A program made the translations under genes and the position numbers. Below are positions 1-8,993 of a DNA stretch of 62,364 nucleotides, in pieces (within the stretch, counting starts at the first letter, position 1; each line of letters opens with the position of its first letter). The notes under the pieces are model-generated. The model was not told the DNA's origin. It saw nothing but the letters and a program-made list of their open reading frames with translations, and did not search any database. Source of the stretch: a virus; the IMG/VR virus record IMGVR_UViG_3300028831_000121, positions 1 through 62,364 of that record. One strand, 5' to 3'.

Positions 1-141
1 ATGCAAGTGGCGGTAGTGGTTTCGGTGTTTCCAACGATTACCGCGCTGGCGGGGATTCTGCTTGCACACGCTGATAGAAAGCAGACGAAGGAAGAACTCA
101 AGAAAGTGCACTTATTGATTAACTCTCGCATGGACGCATGG
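1..141. repeat. Terminal direct repeat / circular assembly overlap (identical to 62224-62364)
   Basis: Bases 1-141 (ATGCAAGTGGCGGTAGTGG...ATGGACGCATGG) recur exactly at 62224-62364. The unique genome is 62,223 bp. Confidence 0.95.
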
Positions 142-285
142 TTGGCAGCAGCAGAGGCGTTAGCGAGAGTTCAAGGGGTTGCTGAGGGCAGAGAGCTTGG
201 CGCTGCCGAAACACGAGGCAGGACTACCGAGCGCGAGCGAGTAGAAGATCGTAGTGAGCGCAAAGCGCGCCACGTAAGAAGTTGA
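1..285 (+). CDS. Small membrane protein (N-terminal TM helix, charged C-terminus). Same gene as the partial copy at 62224-62364.
   Basis: 94 aa. VAVVVSVFPTITALAGILLAHA looks like a TM helix, followed by a Lys/Glu/Arg-rich tail. The ATG lies 8 nt after the stop of 61805-62215 when the circle is closed. Confidence 0.5.
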   Translation: MQVAVVVSVFPTITALAGILLAHADRKQTKEELKKVHLLINSRMDAWLAAAEALARVQGVAEGRELGAAETRGRTTERERVEDRSERKARHVRS

Positions 286-424
286 AAGAGAGGCGGCGGG
301 CAGCCCGTAAGCGCCCGCCAGCCGTCACGCATCCGGCCAAACTTATCAGGCTAGACCGGACACGCGGCGGGTAACAATAACAATCCCGTGCAAGGGAGAC
401 AAGCAACCTTGAATCGAGTGGTTA

Positions 425-949
425 ATGAATGAACAGGATCACTTTGCAAGATTCAAGCGAGCGCACAAACTTGGAATGTCAGTAGCACAGAACATTGTTA
501 CACCTAACCTCACATCGAACGGGAACGGGCACGCACGAAAGATGCATGATCCATTGCATTTACCCGAAGCGTTGCCGTTCACGGTGCGAATTAAGGAATG
601 GTTTCGCCACCAGTTCGGGCAAGGATGGGAATACGTGGTTGTAAACAAGAACGTAGACAGCGTAACGATGCCCAAGTGGGTTGCCTCTGCGATCCTAATT
701 GCGATTCTTGGTTTTGGTGTTCAGCAATGGTGGGCCAGAAGCGCAGACCACGACACGATGATCGAGATAAGGACTGAATTGAGACTAGCAAAAGAGGCAG
801 ACGCCGAACGAATGCGGCGGGTAACAGAGCAGGGCGACATGAACAAAGTCTACATTGATAACATGACGAACCAGCTCAACATGATCAAAGGAATGCTTTC
901 GCAGCAGCAGATGACCAGCGTTGAGCGCGGAACAAAAAGAACGGAGTAA
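425..949 (+). CDS. Membrane-anchored coiled-coil protein (late/lysis region)
   Basis: 174 aa with an ATG start. It has a central TM helix (ASAILIAILGFGVQQWW) and a charged, helical C-terminus. Confidence 0.55.
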   Translation: MNEQDHFARFKRAHKLGMSVAQNIVTPNLTSNGNGHARKMHDPLHLPEALPFTVRIKEWFRHQFGQGWEYVVVNKNVDSVTMPKWVASAILIAILGFGVQQWWARSADHDTMIEIRTELRLAKEADAERMRRVTEQGDMNKVYIDNMTNQLNMIKGMLSQQQMTSVERGTKRTE

Positions 950-954
950 CAGCT

Positions 955-1194
955 ATGCCATGTGACGCCGCCTGTCAGGCCAAGATTCGTCTCAATGGAG
1001 CGCGAATCGTTTATGGATTGCAAGCAACTCTCGCTGAGGTTAATCGGCACACAACGAACGATGGTGTGTTGAAACACGGCGAGGAAATGATCAAGTTGCT
1101 AAACAAGATGGAAGACCTATCTGACGAGTTTGCGTCGATGGCGATAAAAGACATTGGCTACGCTGGGCCACTAAATCGCTCGCTTGATATATGA
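955..1194 (+). CDS. Hypothetical protein
   Basis: 79-aa ORF starting 5 nt after the preceding stop. No motif recognised. Confidence 0.45.
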   Translation: MPCDAACQAKIRLNGARIVYGLQATLAEVNRHTTNDGVLKHGEEMIKLLNKMEDLSDEFASMAIKDIGYAGPLNRSLDI

Positions 1195-1270
1195 AAGTTT
1201 TTGGACGCTCGTGGGATTAAGTTAAGCGACTTCGATGAAGCGAAATAGTTTTAAAACAAAGTAAAACAAA

Positions 1271-1561
1271 ATGCCAGGTGTAAAGGGAAATAGTGGCGGG
1301 AAGAAAGGTCGCAGCGGGCGCAAGTCGAAGGCAGAAGAACTTGGACTCGTCGCAACGCTGGAGAAATGCTTCAGTGCTGAAGAGCGCGAAACCTGTATTC
1401 AGAAACTTGTTGACGACTGCAAGTCAGACGTGTTCTCAGAACGTCACGAAGCGCGAAAACTATTGATGGCCTACACGTTTGGCAAGCCTACTGAAAAGCA
1501 CGAGCACGGCGGAGAAGGCGGCGGGCCGATAACTGTCAAGGTTGTTTACGAAACAAAGTGA
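1271..1561 (+). CDS. terS: Putative terminase small subunit
   Basis: 96 aa with a basic N-terminus (MPGVKGNSGGKKGRSGRKSK). It overlaps the start of the large terminase (GTGA). The call rests on position and composition only. Confidence 0.5.
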   Translation: MPGVKGNSGGKKGRSGRKSKAEELGLVATLEKCFSAEERETCIQKLVDDCKSDVFSERHEARKLLMAYTFGKPTEKHEHGGEGGGPITVKVVYETK

Positions 1562-2793
1562 TTCGAGAAGTAACCGTGCGGTTGCCGACGCCGCACCCTA
1601 AACAATCAGAGTTCATTGATAGTGCGGCAAAAAGAATAGTGGTCAGGGCTGGAAGGCGCGGCGGCAAAACAGTCGGCGTGTCCATACGGGCGGTCAAAAG
1701 GTTTTTAGATGGAAAACGCGTGTTGTACGCCGCGCCGACTCAAGAACAGATTGACAGGTTTTGGGTATCAGTAGTTCGTGCTCTACAGGAGCCTATCGAC
1801 GCCGGGATCTTCCACAAGAATGAGACCCGCCACACTGTTGAGTTACCAGGAAGCGAGCAGCGCATCCGAGCGAAAACCGCATGGAACGCGGACACGCTTC
1901 GCGGTGACTATGCTGACGATCTTATTCTTGATGAATGGCAGTTGATGAACGAGGAGGCGTGGGAGGTAGTTGGTGCGCCAATGCTGCTTGATAACGATGG
2001 GGACGCAACTTTTATCTACACTCCACCAAGTCTTAGAAGTCGAAGCGTTAGCAAGGCGGACGATCCACAACACGCAGCTAAGCTATACAAGAAGGCTCTA
2101 GCAAGACAGGCGGAAGGCGACCGTTGGGCGGCGTTCCACTTTACTAGCCATGACAATCCGCACATCAGCGAGTCGGCGTTAGGTGAAATCACGTCAGACA
2201 TGACAGCACTTTCCTATCGCATGGAGATTGAAGCTGAAGATATTGACGAAGCCCCTGGAGCGTTGTGGACGCGAGACATGATTGAAGCAGGGCGGCTAAC
2301 AAAAGCGCCCGACTTTGACCGGGTAGTTGTAGCAGTTGACCCATCCGCAACGAGTACCGGGGATGAAGCGGGGATCATTACCGCTGGACGCGCGGAGAAG
2401 CAGGGTTATTTGATTGAGGATAACAGCGTGCAAGGAAGCCCAAAAGCGTGGGCGACAGCTGCTGTTACCGCTTACCACAAACATAAAGCTGACTCGATAG
2501 TTGCTGAGTCCAACAACGGCGGTGAAATGGTGGCGTTGACGATAGCAACCGTTGATCCGCATATCAGAGTAAAGTTAGTTCATGCTTCCAGAGGGAAGCA
2601 CACAAGAGCTGAGCCGATTGCTTCAGTGTATGAACACGGGCGAGCGCATCATGTAGGAAGTTTTCCGGCGCTGGAAGATGAAATGTGTCTGTGGACGCCG
2701 GGTGATAATAGTCCGAACAGGATGGATGCGATGGTATGGGCCTTTACTGAGTTACAGTTAGCGCAAGGGCAGCGCGAATTGAAGATGTACTAA
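1558..2793 (+). CDS. terL: Terminase large subunit
   Basis: 411 aa. Walker A-like GRRGGKTVG, Walker B-like LILDEWQ, and a C-terminal nuclease-like region (VAVDPSATSTGDEAG ... ESNNGG). Confidence 0.9.
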   Translation: MIREVTVRLPTPHPKQSEFIDSAAKRIVVRAGRRGGKTVGVSIRAVKRFLDGKRVLYAAPTQEQIDRFWVSVVRALQEPIDAGIFHKNETRHTVELPGSEQRIRAKTAWNADTLRGDYADDLILDEWQLMNEEAWEVVGAPMLLDNDGDATFIYTPPSLRSRSVSKADDPQHAAKLYKKALARQAEGDRWAAFHFTSHDNPHISESALGEITSDMTALSYRMEIEAEDIDEAPGALWTRDMIEAGRLTKAPDFDRVVVAVDPSATSTGDEAGIITAGRAEKQGYLIEDNSVQGSPKAWATAAVTAYHKHKADSIVAESNNGGEMVALTIATVDPHIRVKLVHASRGKHTRAEPIASVYEHGRAHHVGSFPALEDEMCLWTPGDNSPNRMDAMVWAFTELQLAQGQRELKMY

Positions 2794-4275
2794 ATGCCAG
2801 AACAATCACTCACAGTTATTGACCGCTTCCGAAAAGCATTATCAGTGTTTCAGTCGAAGTCTGCCATTATCCCGCCCGACCTCGGCCCGGACAGTTATTC
2901 CCTCTCTCATTATCAACGGTTCAGTAATTGGGGGTGGGATCGCGCTTACAACCGGACAAACTATCGAAGTGAAGTAGGCGATCTCGATCTTAACTCCCTC
3001 GCAATGGCCGTGGTGAACTTCACGAGCATGCGTATTCCTGAAGCCAAGCCCACGGTAGTTACCTACAAGAAAGATGGCGACGAAGAAAAGGACTATCAGC
3101 ACCCAATGGCGCAGATGGTTCGCCGGCCTAATAAACATCATGTCTGGGCAAACTACGCGGCGGCATGTTCAATGTCCTGGTGGTTTTCAGGGAATGTATA
3201 TTTCCTCAAGGTTCGTGATGCGACAGGACAGGTTCAGGAGCTATGGCTTTTGCCGTACTTCATGGTGACACCTAGGTTTCCGAATGATCGCCGTACACCT
3301 GAAGTTCCACAGGACAAGAATAATGATCCCTTTCTCTCTCATTACGAGTATCGCGTGCCTGGAAAGGAAGCTGTTCTATATCCCGCAAGCGATATAGTTC
3401 ACATTAAACGTGGTCTTGATCTCAATAATCCAAGACTAGGATTAGGTGCGTTTGAGTCGCTTTATAAGGAATTGTACGGCGATGATCGGATGGCGCTATT
3501 CACAGGCTCAATCTTCGCCAACATGGGCATCCAGGTTCCGTTGATCTCGCCTAAAGACCAGACCGTAGATATAAGCGAGCCTAACGCGCTCGCAATGAAA
3601 GAGATGTGGATGGCGAAAACTACGGGGGCCAGAGCCGGTGAACCTGTAATAATGACTCAGCCTGTCAACGTGGAGAAGTTTGGCTTTAATCCTAGTGAGT
3701 TGGATATTTCCAATCTTCGCTTAGTGCCTGAATCGAGGGTATGCGCGGTCTGTCAAATCTCTCCCGCTGCATTGCAGTTGATGGTAGGGATACAGAATGG
3801 CACGTCTTACGCCTCAAGTGAGCAGGCAAGACAGCAAGGATATGAAGAAGTCATTATCCCTATTCAAAGAGCGTGGGAAGAAGAGTTTACATGGCAATTA
3901 CTACCCGAGTTTAAGCCTGAGAAGGGACAGGAGTTTGTTTTTGACACTACGCGAGTTCGGGTACTGCAAGAAGACCGTGACGCACTGTTTAAGCGCGAGT
4001 CTGAGGCGCTACGAGCTGGCGGTGTGACAATCAATGGTTATCTACAGAGTATTGGCAAGAAGCCTGTAGGCGAAGAAGGCGATGTTTACTTGATTCCGTC
4101 CACTTCAAACCCAATGACGTTGGAGAAGATTGCCGCACAAGCAAGTGATATGACACCTCCACCTGTACCGCCTCCGATTGATCCACAGTCATTAGCGAAA
4201 TTTGCTGAAATGGAAAGAATGTTTGAAGGGCTGGAAGAGCAGATGAAGGGGTTTATACCGACCGTCGATACTTAA
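2794..4275 (+). CDS. Portal protein
   Basis: 493 aa, abutting the terL stop (TAA-ATG). Size and position are typical of an HK97-type portal. No catalytic motif is expected for this family. Confidence 0.8.
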   Translation: MPEQSLTVIDRFRKALSVFQSKSAIIPPDLGPDSYSLSHYQRFSNWGWDRAYNRTNYRSEVGDLDLNSLAMAVVNFTSMRIPEAKPTVVTYKKDGDEEKDYQHPMAQMVRRPNKHHVWANYAAACSMSWWFSGNVYFLKVRDATGQVQELWLLPYFMVTPRFPNDRRTPEVPQDKNNDPFLSHYEYRVPGKEAVLYPASDIVHIKRGLDLNNPRLGLGAFESLYKELYGDDRMALFTGSIFANMGIQVPLISPKDQTVDISEPNALAMKEMWMAKTTGARAGEPVIMTQPVNVEKFGFNPSELDISNLRLVPESRVCAVCQISPAALQLMVGIQNGTSYASSEQARQQGYEEVIIPIQRAWEEEFTWQLLPEFKPEKGQEFVFDTTRVRVLQEDRDALFKRESEALRAGGVTINGYLQSIGKKPVGEEGDVYLIPSTSNPMTLEKIAAQASDMTPPPVPPPIDPQSLAKFAEMERMFEGLEEQMKGFIPTVDT

Positions 4276-4471
4276 ACCGCTGGTTAGGGTTAGTTAGGAG
4301 CGCAGATATGAATTCTGGGTCTTCACACGAGCGCAACTGCATTGATACTGGAGCGGCTTTCCCTAAGTCAACGGAATGCGCTGTAACCGTCCACCACAGC
4401 CCGTCAATTTCAATCTCGTCATGCGGGTTCAGGTTTACTGCGACCTCTTCATCTCCGATAACGGTTAGCAT
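4253..4471 (-). CDS. Hypothetical protein on the opposite strand in the portal/head-morphogenesis gap
   Basis: 72-aa ORF with protein-like composition (EIEIDGLWWTVTAHSVD). It fills a 214-nt gap in the + strand operon. No clear SD. Confidence 0.3.
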   Translation of the reverse strand: MLTVIGDEEVAVNLNPHDEIEIDGLWWTVTAHSVDLGKAAPVSMQLRSCEDPEFISALLTNPNQRFKYRRSV

Positions 4472-4489
4472 GATGCGAAGTATAGCCTA

Positions 4490-5389
4490 ATGAGCCTTCA
4501 AGAGAAAGTATTAAAGCTACGAATGGATGCCGCAATAGCGATGCGCCACGCTTCATTCTGGCAGAAGGCGATCACAGAACACGGCGAAGAGAAAGCGACG
4601 GCTTTCTACACTCACCTTGGCTTGAATCACTTAGAAAAGAAGTCCGTTGAATTCGACGGTCTAACCCTTCGCCGTGAACCGCGTGAGACAGAGAAGATCG
4701 CGGTCAAAGGTGTGCATCAAGCGCAGGAGTCAGGCAAGGAAGCAATAGGCAAGATACTATTAGAGCTTCGCGCTAGTTTAATTTCAGACGGTCTCAAAGG
4801 CATCAAGAAACTCGATCCGGCTACTTACCACGAACTAACCCTGTCAGTATCCCCAGAAAGTCGTACAAGCCTGCGAGACCGTTTGATTGCTGTTCACGCA
4901 CAGGGCCGCAAGTTAGTTGCTGCCGAACTAAATAAAACCAAAGAAGCTAAGCCTAAGCCTATAGCAGATGAGTTTGAACTACTTGACGATCTTGTTGACG
5001 TGACGGATTCACGAATTGCCAATGACGTGCAATCGAGAATCATTGCGGCCACAACACGTTATAGACTTCTCGGACTCGGTGATGCTGCTTTATGGAAAGC
5101 TGTTGAGGATGAGATTCGCATGGGGTCGGTGTCGTACGTTGACCGTGCGGCGACGGGATTAGCAAATCAGGTAATCAACATTGGACGAAGTGATGAAGCG
5201 AGCAGACTAGGCTTTGAGCGCGTCGAGTACAGCGCGTTGCTTGACCAGAACGTATGCGGCCCATGCGCGGCGGAAGATGGCAAAGAAGCCGACAACGAAG
5301 ATGATCTAGCCCCCGCACCGAATCCTGAATGTGAAGGCGGCGATTGGTGTAGATGTTTTCACGTCTTCATTGCAGAAGGGAATATGTAA
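4490..5389 (+). CDS. Head morphogenesis / minor capsid protein (SPP1 gp7 / Mu F-like)
   Basis: 299 aa following the portal. The C-terminal Cys motif (CGPCAA ... NPECEGGDWCRC) resembles the conserved ...NCRC end of gp7/F-type proteins. Confidence 0.6.
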   Translation: MSLQEKVLKLRMDAAIAMRHASFWQKAITEHGEEKATAFYTHLGLNHLEKKSVEFDGLTLRREPRETEKIAVKGVHQAQESGKEAIGKILLELRASLISDGLKGIKKLDPATYHELTLSVSPESRTSLRDRLIAVHAQGRKLVAAELNKTKEAKPKPIADEFELLDDLVDVTDSRIANDVQSRIIAATTRYRLLGLGDAALWKAVEDEIRMGSVSYVDRAATGLANQVINIGRSDEASRLGFERVEYSALLDQNVCGPCAAEDGKEADNEDDLAPAPNPECEGGDWCRCFHVFIAEGNM

Positions 5390-5577
5390 TGAGTTCACAT
5401 GGTCGTCGGCTGACAGTGATTGATGAGATCGAAATAATAATGCGCCAGCGGTTATGGTCTCCCTGGTATGAGCGATACGGCCCTGACTTTAGACATGAAA
5501 TGTGGCGCTACCCTATTGAACAAACGGAACCGCCGGAATTATTCGTGCCTGAAAAAGAAGCTGAAGGAAGTATGTAA
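5389..5577 (+). CDS. Hypothetical protein
   Basis: 62 aa from the ATG that overlaps the preceding TAA (TAATG). Trp/Arg-rich. Confidence 0.45.
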   Translation: MSSHGRRLTVIDEIEIIMRQRLWSPWYERYGPDFRHEMWRYPIEQTEPPELFVPEKEAEGSM

Positions 5578-5774
5578 TGACGCCTAACATACCTTTAACC
5601 CGCTCACCCAGAGCGGAGGACTTTGACGATGTACTAGCCTTAGCTCAGAAGGAATGCCACTGCACTTCTGAGATGAAAGACGATCTTAAGCATGGTGATG
5701 AAACAATCTGTAAGACGTGCGGGGCGCGACAGGTATTGAACGGGCTAACAACTTTAGCGGACACGCTCGAATGA
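5577..5774 (+). CDS. Hypothetical small Cys-containing protein
   Basis: 65 aa with TAATG start coupling. Contains CHC ... CKTCG. Confidence 0.45.
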   Translation: MTPNIPLTRSPRAEDFDDVLALAQKECHCTSEMKDDLKHGDETICKTCGARQVLNGLTTLADTLE

Positions 5775-6382
5775 ACCCTTTCGAGTTCTTTGAACGCCGT
5801 GTCTGTCTCACGCTTGGCCCTGACTGGCCTATAGCATGTGAAGAATTCGAGCGAGTAGGGCTTGAGAATGTATGGCGCTTCGATGCCCTTCCCGACATTG
5901 GCCCACACCAGAGTTTTAACAAGTCAACCCGACAGATACTTACCAACTTTCTAATCTCAGGAGCTAAAACACTTCTATTCCTTGAGGACGATGTTGTTTT
6001 CAAAGACTTATCGCATCTTGAGGTGGCGTTAAGTGAATTACCTAGCGACTGGGACATCATTTACCTGGGAGCAAACTTAGTTTGCTGGAACAATGGCGAA
6101 CCTCAACCTGAGCGACATTCAGAGCATTTATTTCGCGTAAAAGCTGCATGGACTACGCATGCAATCGGTTATAATAAGCGAGTGATCTCCTTCTTGTTAG
6201 CCAATCAGCCCGACATCAGCGCAATCATGTTTGATAACTGGCTTTCGTCTCAGCTACCGACATTGAATGCGTTTTGTGTCGCGCCGATGGTTGCGTACCA
6301 GAGGGCGCATCACAGCATGATATGGGATCGTTACGATGACTACACGCCGATATTTGAGGCGAGTGAGGAAAGGCTGAGATGA
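5771..6382 (+). CDS. Glycosyltransferase, family 25-like
   Basis: ATGA-coupled start (MNPFEFF). FLEDDVVF and DIIYLGAN match the GT25 (LPS beta-1,4-galactosyltransferase-type) pattern. Confidence 0.65.
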   Translation: MNPFEFFERRVCLTLGPDWPIACEEFERVGLENVWRFDALPDIGPHQSFNKSTRQILTNFLISGAKTLLFLEDDVVFKDLSHLEVALSELPSDWDIIYLGANLVCWNNGEPQPERHSEHLFRVKAAWTTHAIGYNKRVISFLLANQPDISAIMFDNWLSSQLPTLNAFCVAPMVAYQRAHHSMIWDRYDDYTPIFEASEERLR

Positions 6383-6531
6383 AGCCGTGTGATTATTTCC
6401 ATGAAGCGGTTATCTGCCGAGTGATAGCCATAGCTTATGAAAGTAAGGGGCTTATCGCAAATGCCGAATACTTTAAACAACGAGCTATTTACTTTGTCGC
6501 TAAAGGGCTTGAGGCACTAGCACTCGTGTGA
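6379..6531 (+). CDS. Hypothetical 50-aa protein (translationally coupled linker ORF)
   Basis: ATGA overlap at its start and GTGTGA overlap at its end. Below the cutoff of the ORF track. Confidence 0.3.
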   Translation: MKPCDYFHEAVICRVIAIAYESKGLIANAEYFKQRAIYFVAKGLEALALV

Positions 6532-7310
6532 TCACGTCACTTGTTACATTCTCCGATGAGACAATGCGCCGCTCGGCTGAACTGTGCATTGAGAGTGCGA
6601 AGCGGCACGGCGTTGACCGTGCTATGCGAGCTGTTCCAGCGGAGAAGTCTACGGAACGTGGTTACGGATTCTGGCGATGGAAACCGCAAATCATTCACTC
6701 ATTAATGAGCGGCGGCGATCCGTTCATTACGCTAAAAGACAATGACATTCTCATATACAGCGATGCCGGCGTTGAGTTCATCGACAACGTGAACTACATC
6801 ATCGACCGAATGGATCAAGACATCCTTCTATTCGGAAATATGTATGAGCACGCGCACTGGTGCAAAGCTGACATCGTTGCAGAGATAATGCCCGAATGGT
6901 GGCACCTCGGAATCCCGTTTAAGCAGGCCAACGGCGATGTAATTAAGTCTTTATCTCCGTGGGCCGCATTCGGTAAACAAGTTCAAGCCTCAGTAATCTT
7001 CTTCCGTGTCTCTGACTACACACGTAAGTTTGTAAAAGAATGGCTTGATTGGTGTCTCTTTGAAGGCGGACGATTGATAGACGACTCGCCAAGTAGAGCG
7101 CCGAACCATCCTGAGTTTAGAGAGAACCGACACGACCAAGCGATACTAACCACGATGGCGTATCGGGATGGCTTGAAATTACATTGGTGGCCCGCGAATT
7201 ACAACGACGGAGCGTTTACTTATCCGAGGGGTGATTATCCAGATGAAGGGTATCCGATACTATTTCACCACCACAGGAAACGTAACCACGAGTGGGAGAG
7301 CGCGGCGTGA
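6528..7310 (+). CDS. Putative nucleotide-diphospho-sugar (GT-A-like) transferase
   Basis: 260 aa with a GTG start. ILIYSDAGVEF (DXD-like position), FWRWKPQ and NRHDQAILT resemble nucleotide-sugar transferase motifs. Confidence 0.45.
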   Translation: MITSLVTFSDETMRRSAELCIESAKRHGVDRAMRAVPAEKSTERGYGFWRWKPQIIHSLMSGGDPFITLKDNDILIYSDAGVEFIDNVNYIIDRMDQDILLFGNMYEHAHWCKADIVAEIMPEWWHLGIPFKQANGDVIKSLSPWAAFGKQVQASVIFFRVSDYTRKFVKEWLDWCLFEGGRLIDDSPSRAPNHPEFRENRHDQAILTTMAYRDGLKLHWWPANYNDGAFTYPRGDYPDEGYPILFHHHRKRNHEWESAA

Positions 7311-7876
7311 TTCAAGCGATTACAAGAGAGCGATGGGAGCGGGCGCAAATAGCAGAGGCAGCGCTATTGGCCGGCTCACCTGATGCCGATCACTTCAAAC
7401 GGTCTTACGAATGCTACTTTGCCTACCTAGGAATGAGTTTCGATCAACAAGGCAAGGTCATCGTTGAGATTGGTTGCGCCGACTTCCCCGCTGTCTCGTA
7501 TTGCCAGAACGTGAAAGGGATCATTGTTGAGCCTTTAGTTACGCCTCAACTAAAACGCGTGGTTGATGAACATAGTCTCTACTGGATTCGCTGGGCCGTT
7601 GAGGAAATGACGCAGTTCCCGGAAGCTGACGAGGTTTGGCTTCTGAATGTAATGCAGCATGTTATCGACCCAGAACTATTTGTTTCACGATGTAAGCAGA
7701 TGGCCCTAGTAATCCGTTTCTTTGAACCGATAGACTATGAGACCAGTGAGTACCATCCCCACACTTTTACGATTGACGACTTTAGCCGTTGGTTTGGAAG
7801 AGTGTCGAGATATTTAGGCGGGAGCAGAGAGGGATTTCATCAGGCAGATTGTGCGTATGGGACGTGGCGACGGTGA
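7307..7876 (+). CDS. Class I SAM-dependent methyltransferase
   Basis: VIVEIGCADFP (motif I-like) and LLNVMQHVIDPELF (motif typical of Methyltransf_11/23). GTGA-coupled start. Confidence 0.6.
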   Translation: MIQAITRERWERAQIAEAALLAGSPDADHFKRSYECYFAYLGMSFDQQGKVIVEIGCADFPAVSYCQNVKGIIVEPLVTPQLKRVVDEHSLYWIRWAVEEMTQFPEADEVWLLNVMQHVIDPELFVSRCKQMALVIRFFEPIDYETSEYHPHTFTIDDFSRWFGRVSRYLGGSREGFHQADCAYGTWRR

Positions 7877-8643
7877 TTGTCACCTTCAACGCGTTAGGGC
7901 GCTACGGACGGCTGTGCAACGGGGCTTACCAGATTGCCTCAACTATCGGGATCGCGCGCAAGAATGGGTTTGACTTCGCCTTTCCGTACTGGATGAATCA
8001 CGATCATAAAAATCGCTTTGGCAGCACAGAAGACATTGATATTCAAAAACACTTCGCTAATCCCCTGCCCTTGTATGACGGCCCTGAGCTGCCCGATAGA
8101 TTCATCGACTGGGGATTTCACGATGTTGTTCTAACTGAGTCCGTCAGCCTGTCAGGACACATGCAGTCCACTCGATACTTCGAGCACTCGATTAACGAAG
8201 TCAGGCACTATTTCAGAATGAAAGACGAACCCGCACAGAACGACTACGTAGCCATTCACTACCGAGCTGGCGACTACTCGACGGGCGCGGGCTACCATCC
8301 GCGTATGACAATGGACTACTACGGCCCTGCGACGAGCCAATTCCCAGGCGAGAAGTTCCTGGTCTTCAGTGATGACATCCCGGAAGCTAAAAATCTATTT
8401 GGAAGTTCTGTGGAATACTCTGAAGGGCAGGACTACATTCAGGATTTTAGGCTGATGAAGACTTGCAAGAGTTTCATAATCGGCAATTCGAGTTTTAGTG
8501 CGTTCGCTGCCGTGTTAGGCGAACATCCCGAGAAAAAGGTAATCGCTCCCCGTCCCTGGTTTGGGCCAAGCTACACACAGATCACCGGGGAAGACATTTA
8601 CGAACCTGATTGGACAGTAATTGATTACCGGAAAGCAGCATGA
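7873..8643 (+). CDS. Glycosyltransferase family 11-like (alpha-1,2-fucosyltransferase type)
   Basis: VAIHYRAGDY, FLVFSDDIPEAK and FIIGNSSFSAFAAVL match the three GT11 signature blocks. The GTG start overlaps the preceding TGA. Confidence 0.7.
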   Translation: MIVTFNALGRYGRLCNGAYQIASTIGIARKNGFDFAFPYWMNHDHKNRFGSTEDIDIQKHFANPLPLYDGPELPDRFIDWGFHDVVLTESVSLSGHMQSTRYFEHSINEVRHYFRMKDEPAQNDYVAIHYRAGDYSTGAGYHPRMTMDYYGPATSQFPGEKFLVFSDDIPEAKNLFGSSVEYSEGQDYIQDFRLMKTCKSFIIGNSSFSAFAAVLGEHPEKKVIAPRPWFGPSYTQITGEDIYEPDWTVIDYRKAA

Positions 8644-8928
8644 GTGGATTCAACTGGATGAAGGAATCGGGTTCTGTCTTGACTGTGACGCGTCAAGCGA
8701 TTTTGGGCACGAGGTAGATTGTATTGACCGTTCCCCTGAAACAAGAGAACCGCCCCAAGCCGTTACGGATCGTAAAGGCCAGCGAACTACCTCCACAACG
8801 TAACAGCACGGAGCATGTTAAGGTTGAACTCGGAAAGATACGCCGCGAGCTATTAACGCTCGCTGTTCGCATTGAAAAGGTAAGTCAGAGCCAAGAGACA
8901 GCCTAGCTATAAAGCTACCGGACTTCTA

Positions 8929-8979
8929 CCGCTCACTGTTTCGGTTACAGAACCGAGATGGTGGGCGTTTCGTCTTTTT
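8929..8979 (+). terminator. Hairpin plus T-run after the glycosyltransferase run
   Basis: TCGGTT-ACAG-AACCGA core stem with outer pairing, followed by GTTTCGTCTTTTTGG. Confidence 0.4.
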
Positions 8980-8993
8980 GGGGCTAGAAATAC

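Noticed and set aside
5717-5770. N-terminal extension of the GT25 ORF given in the ORF track
   Set aside because: The extension overlaps the preceding gene. The ATG at 5771 forms an ATGA stop-start junction and begins a typical GT25 N-terminus.
8621-8906. Two overlapping 60-aa ORFs plus a 25-aa ATGA-coupled ORF after the GT11 gene
   Set aside because: Starts are non-ATG or ambiguous, and the frames overlap each other. I cannot decide which, if any, is translated, so they are left unannotated.
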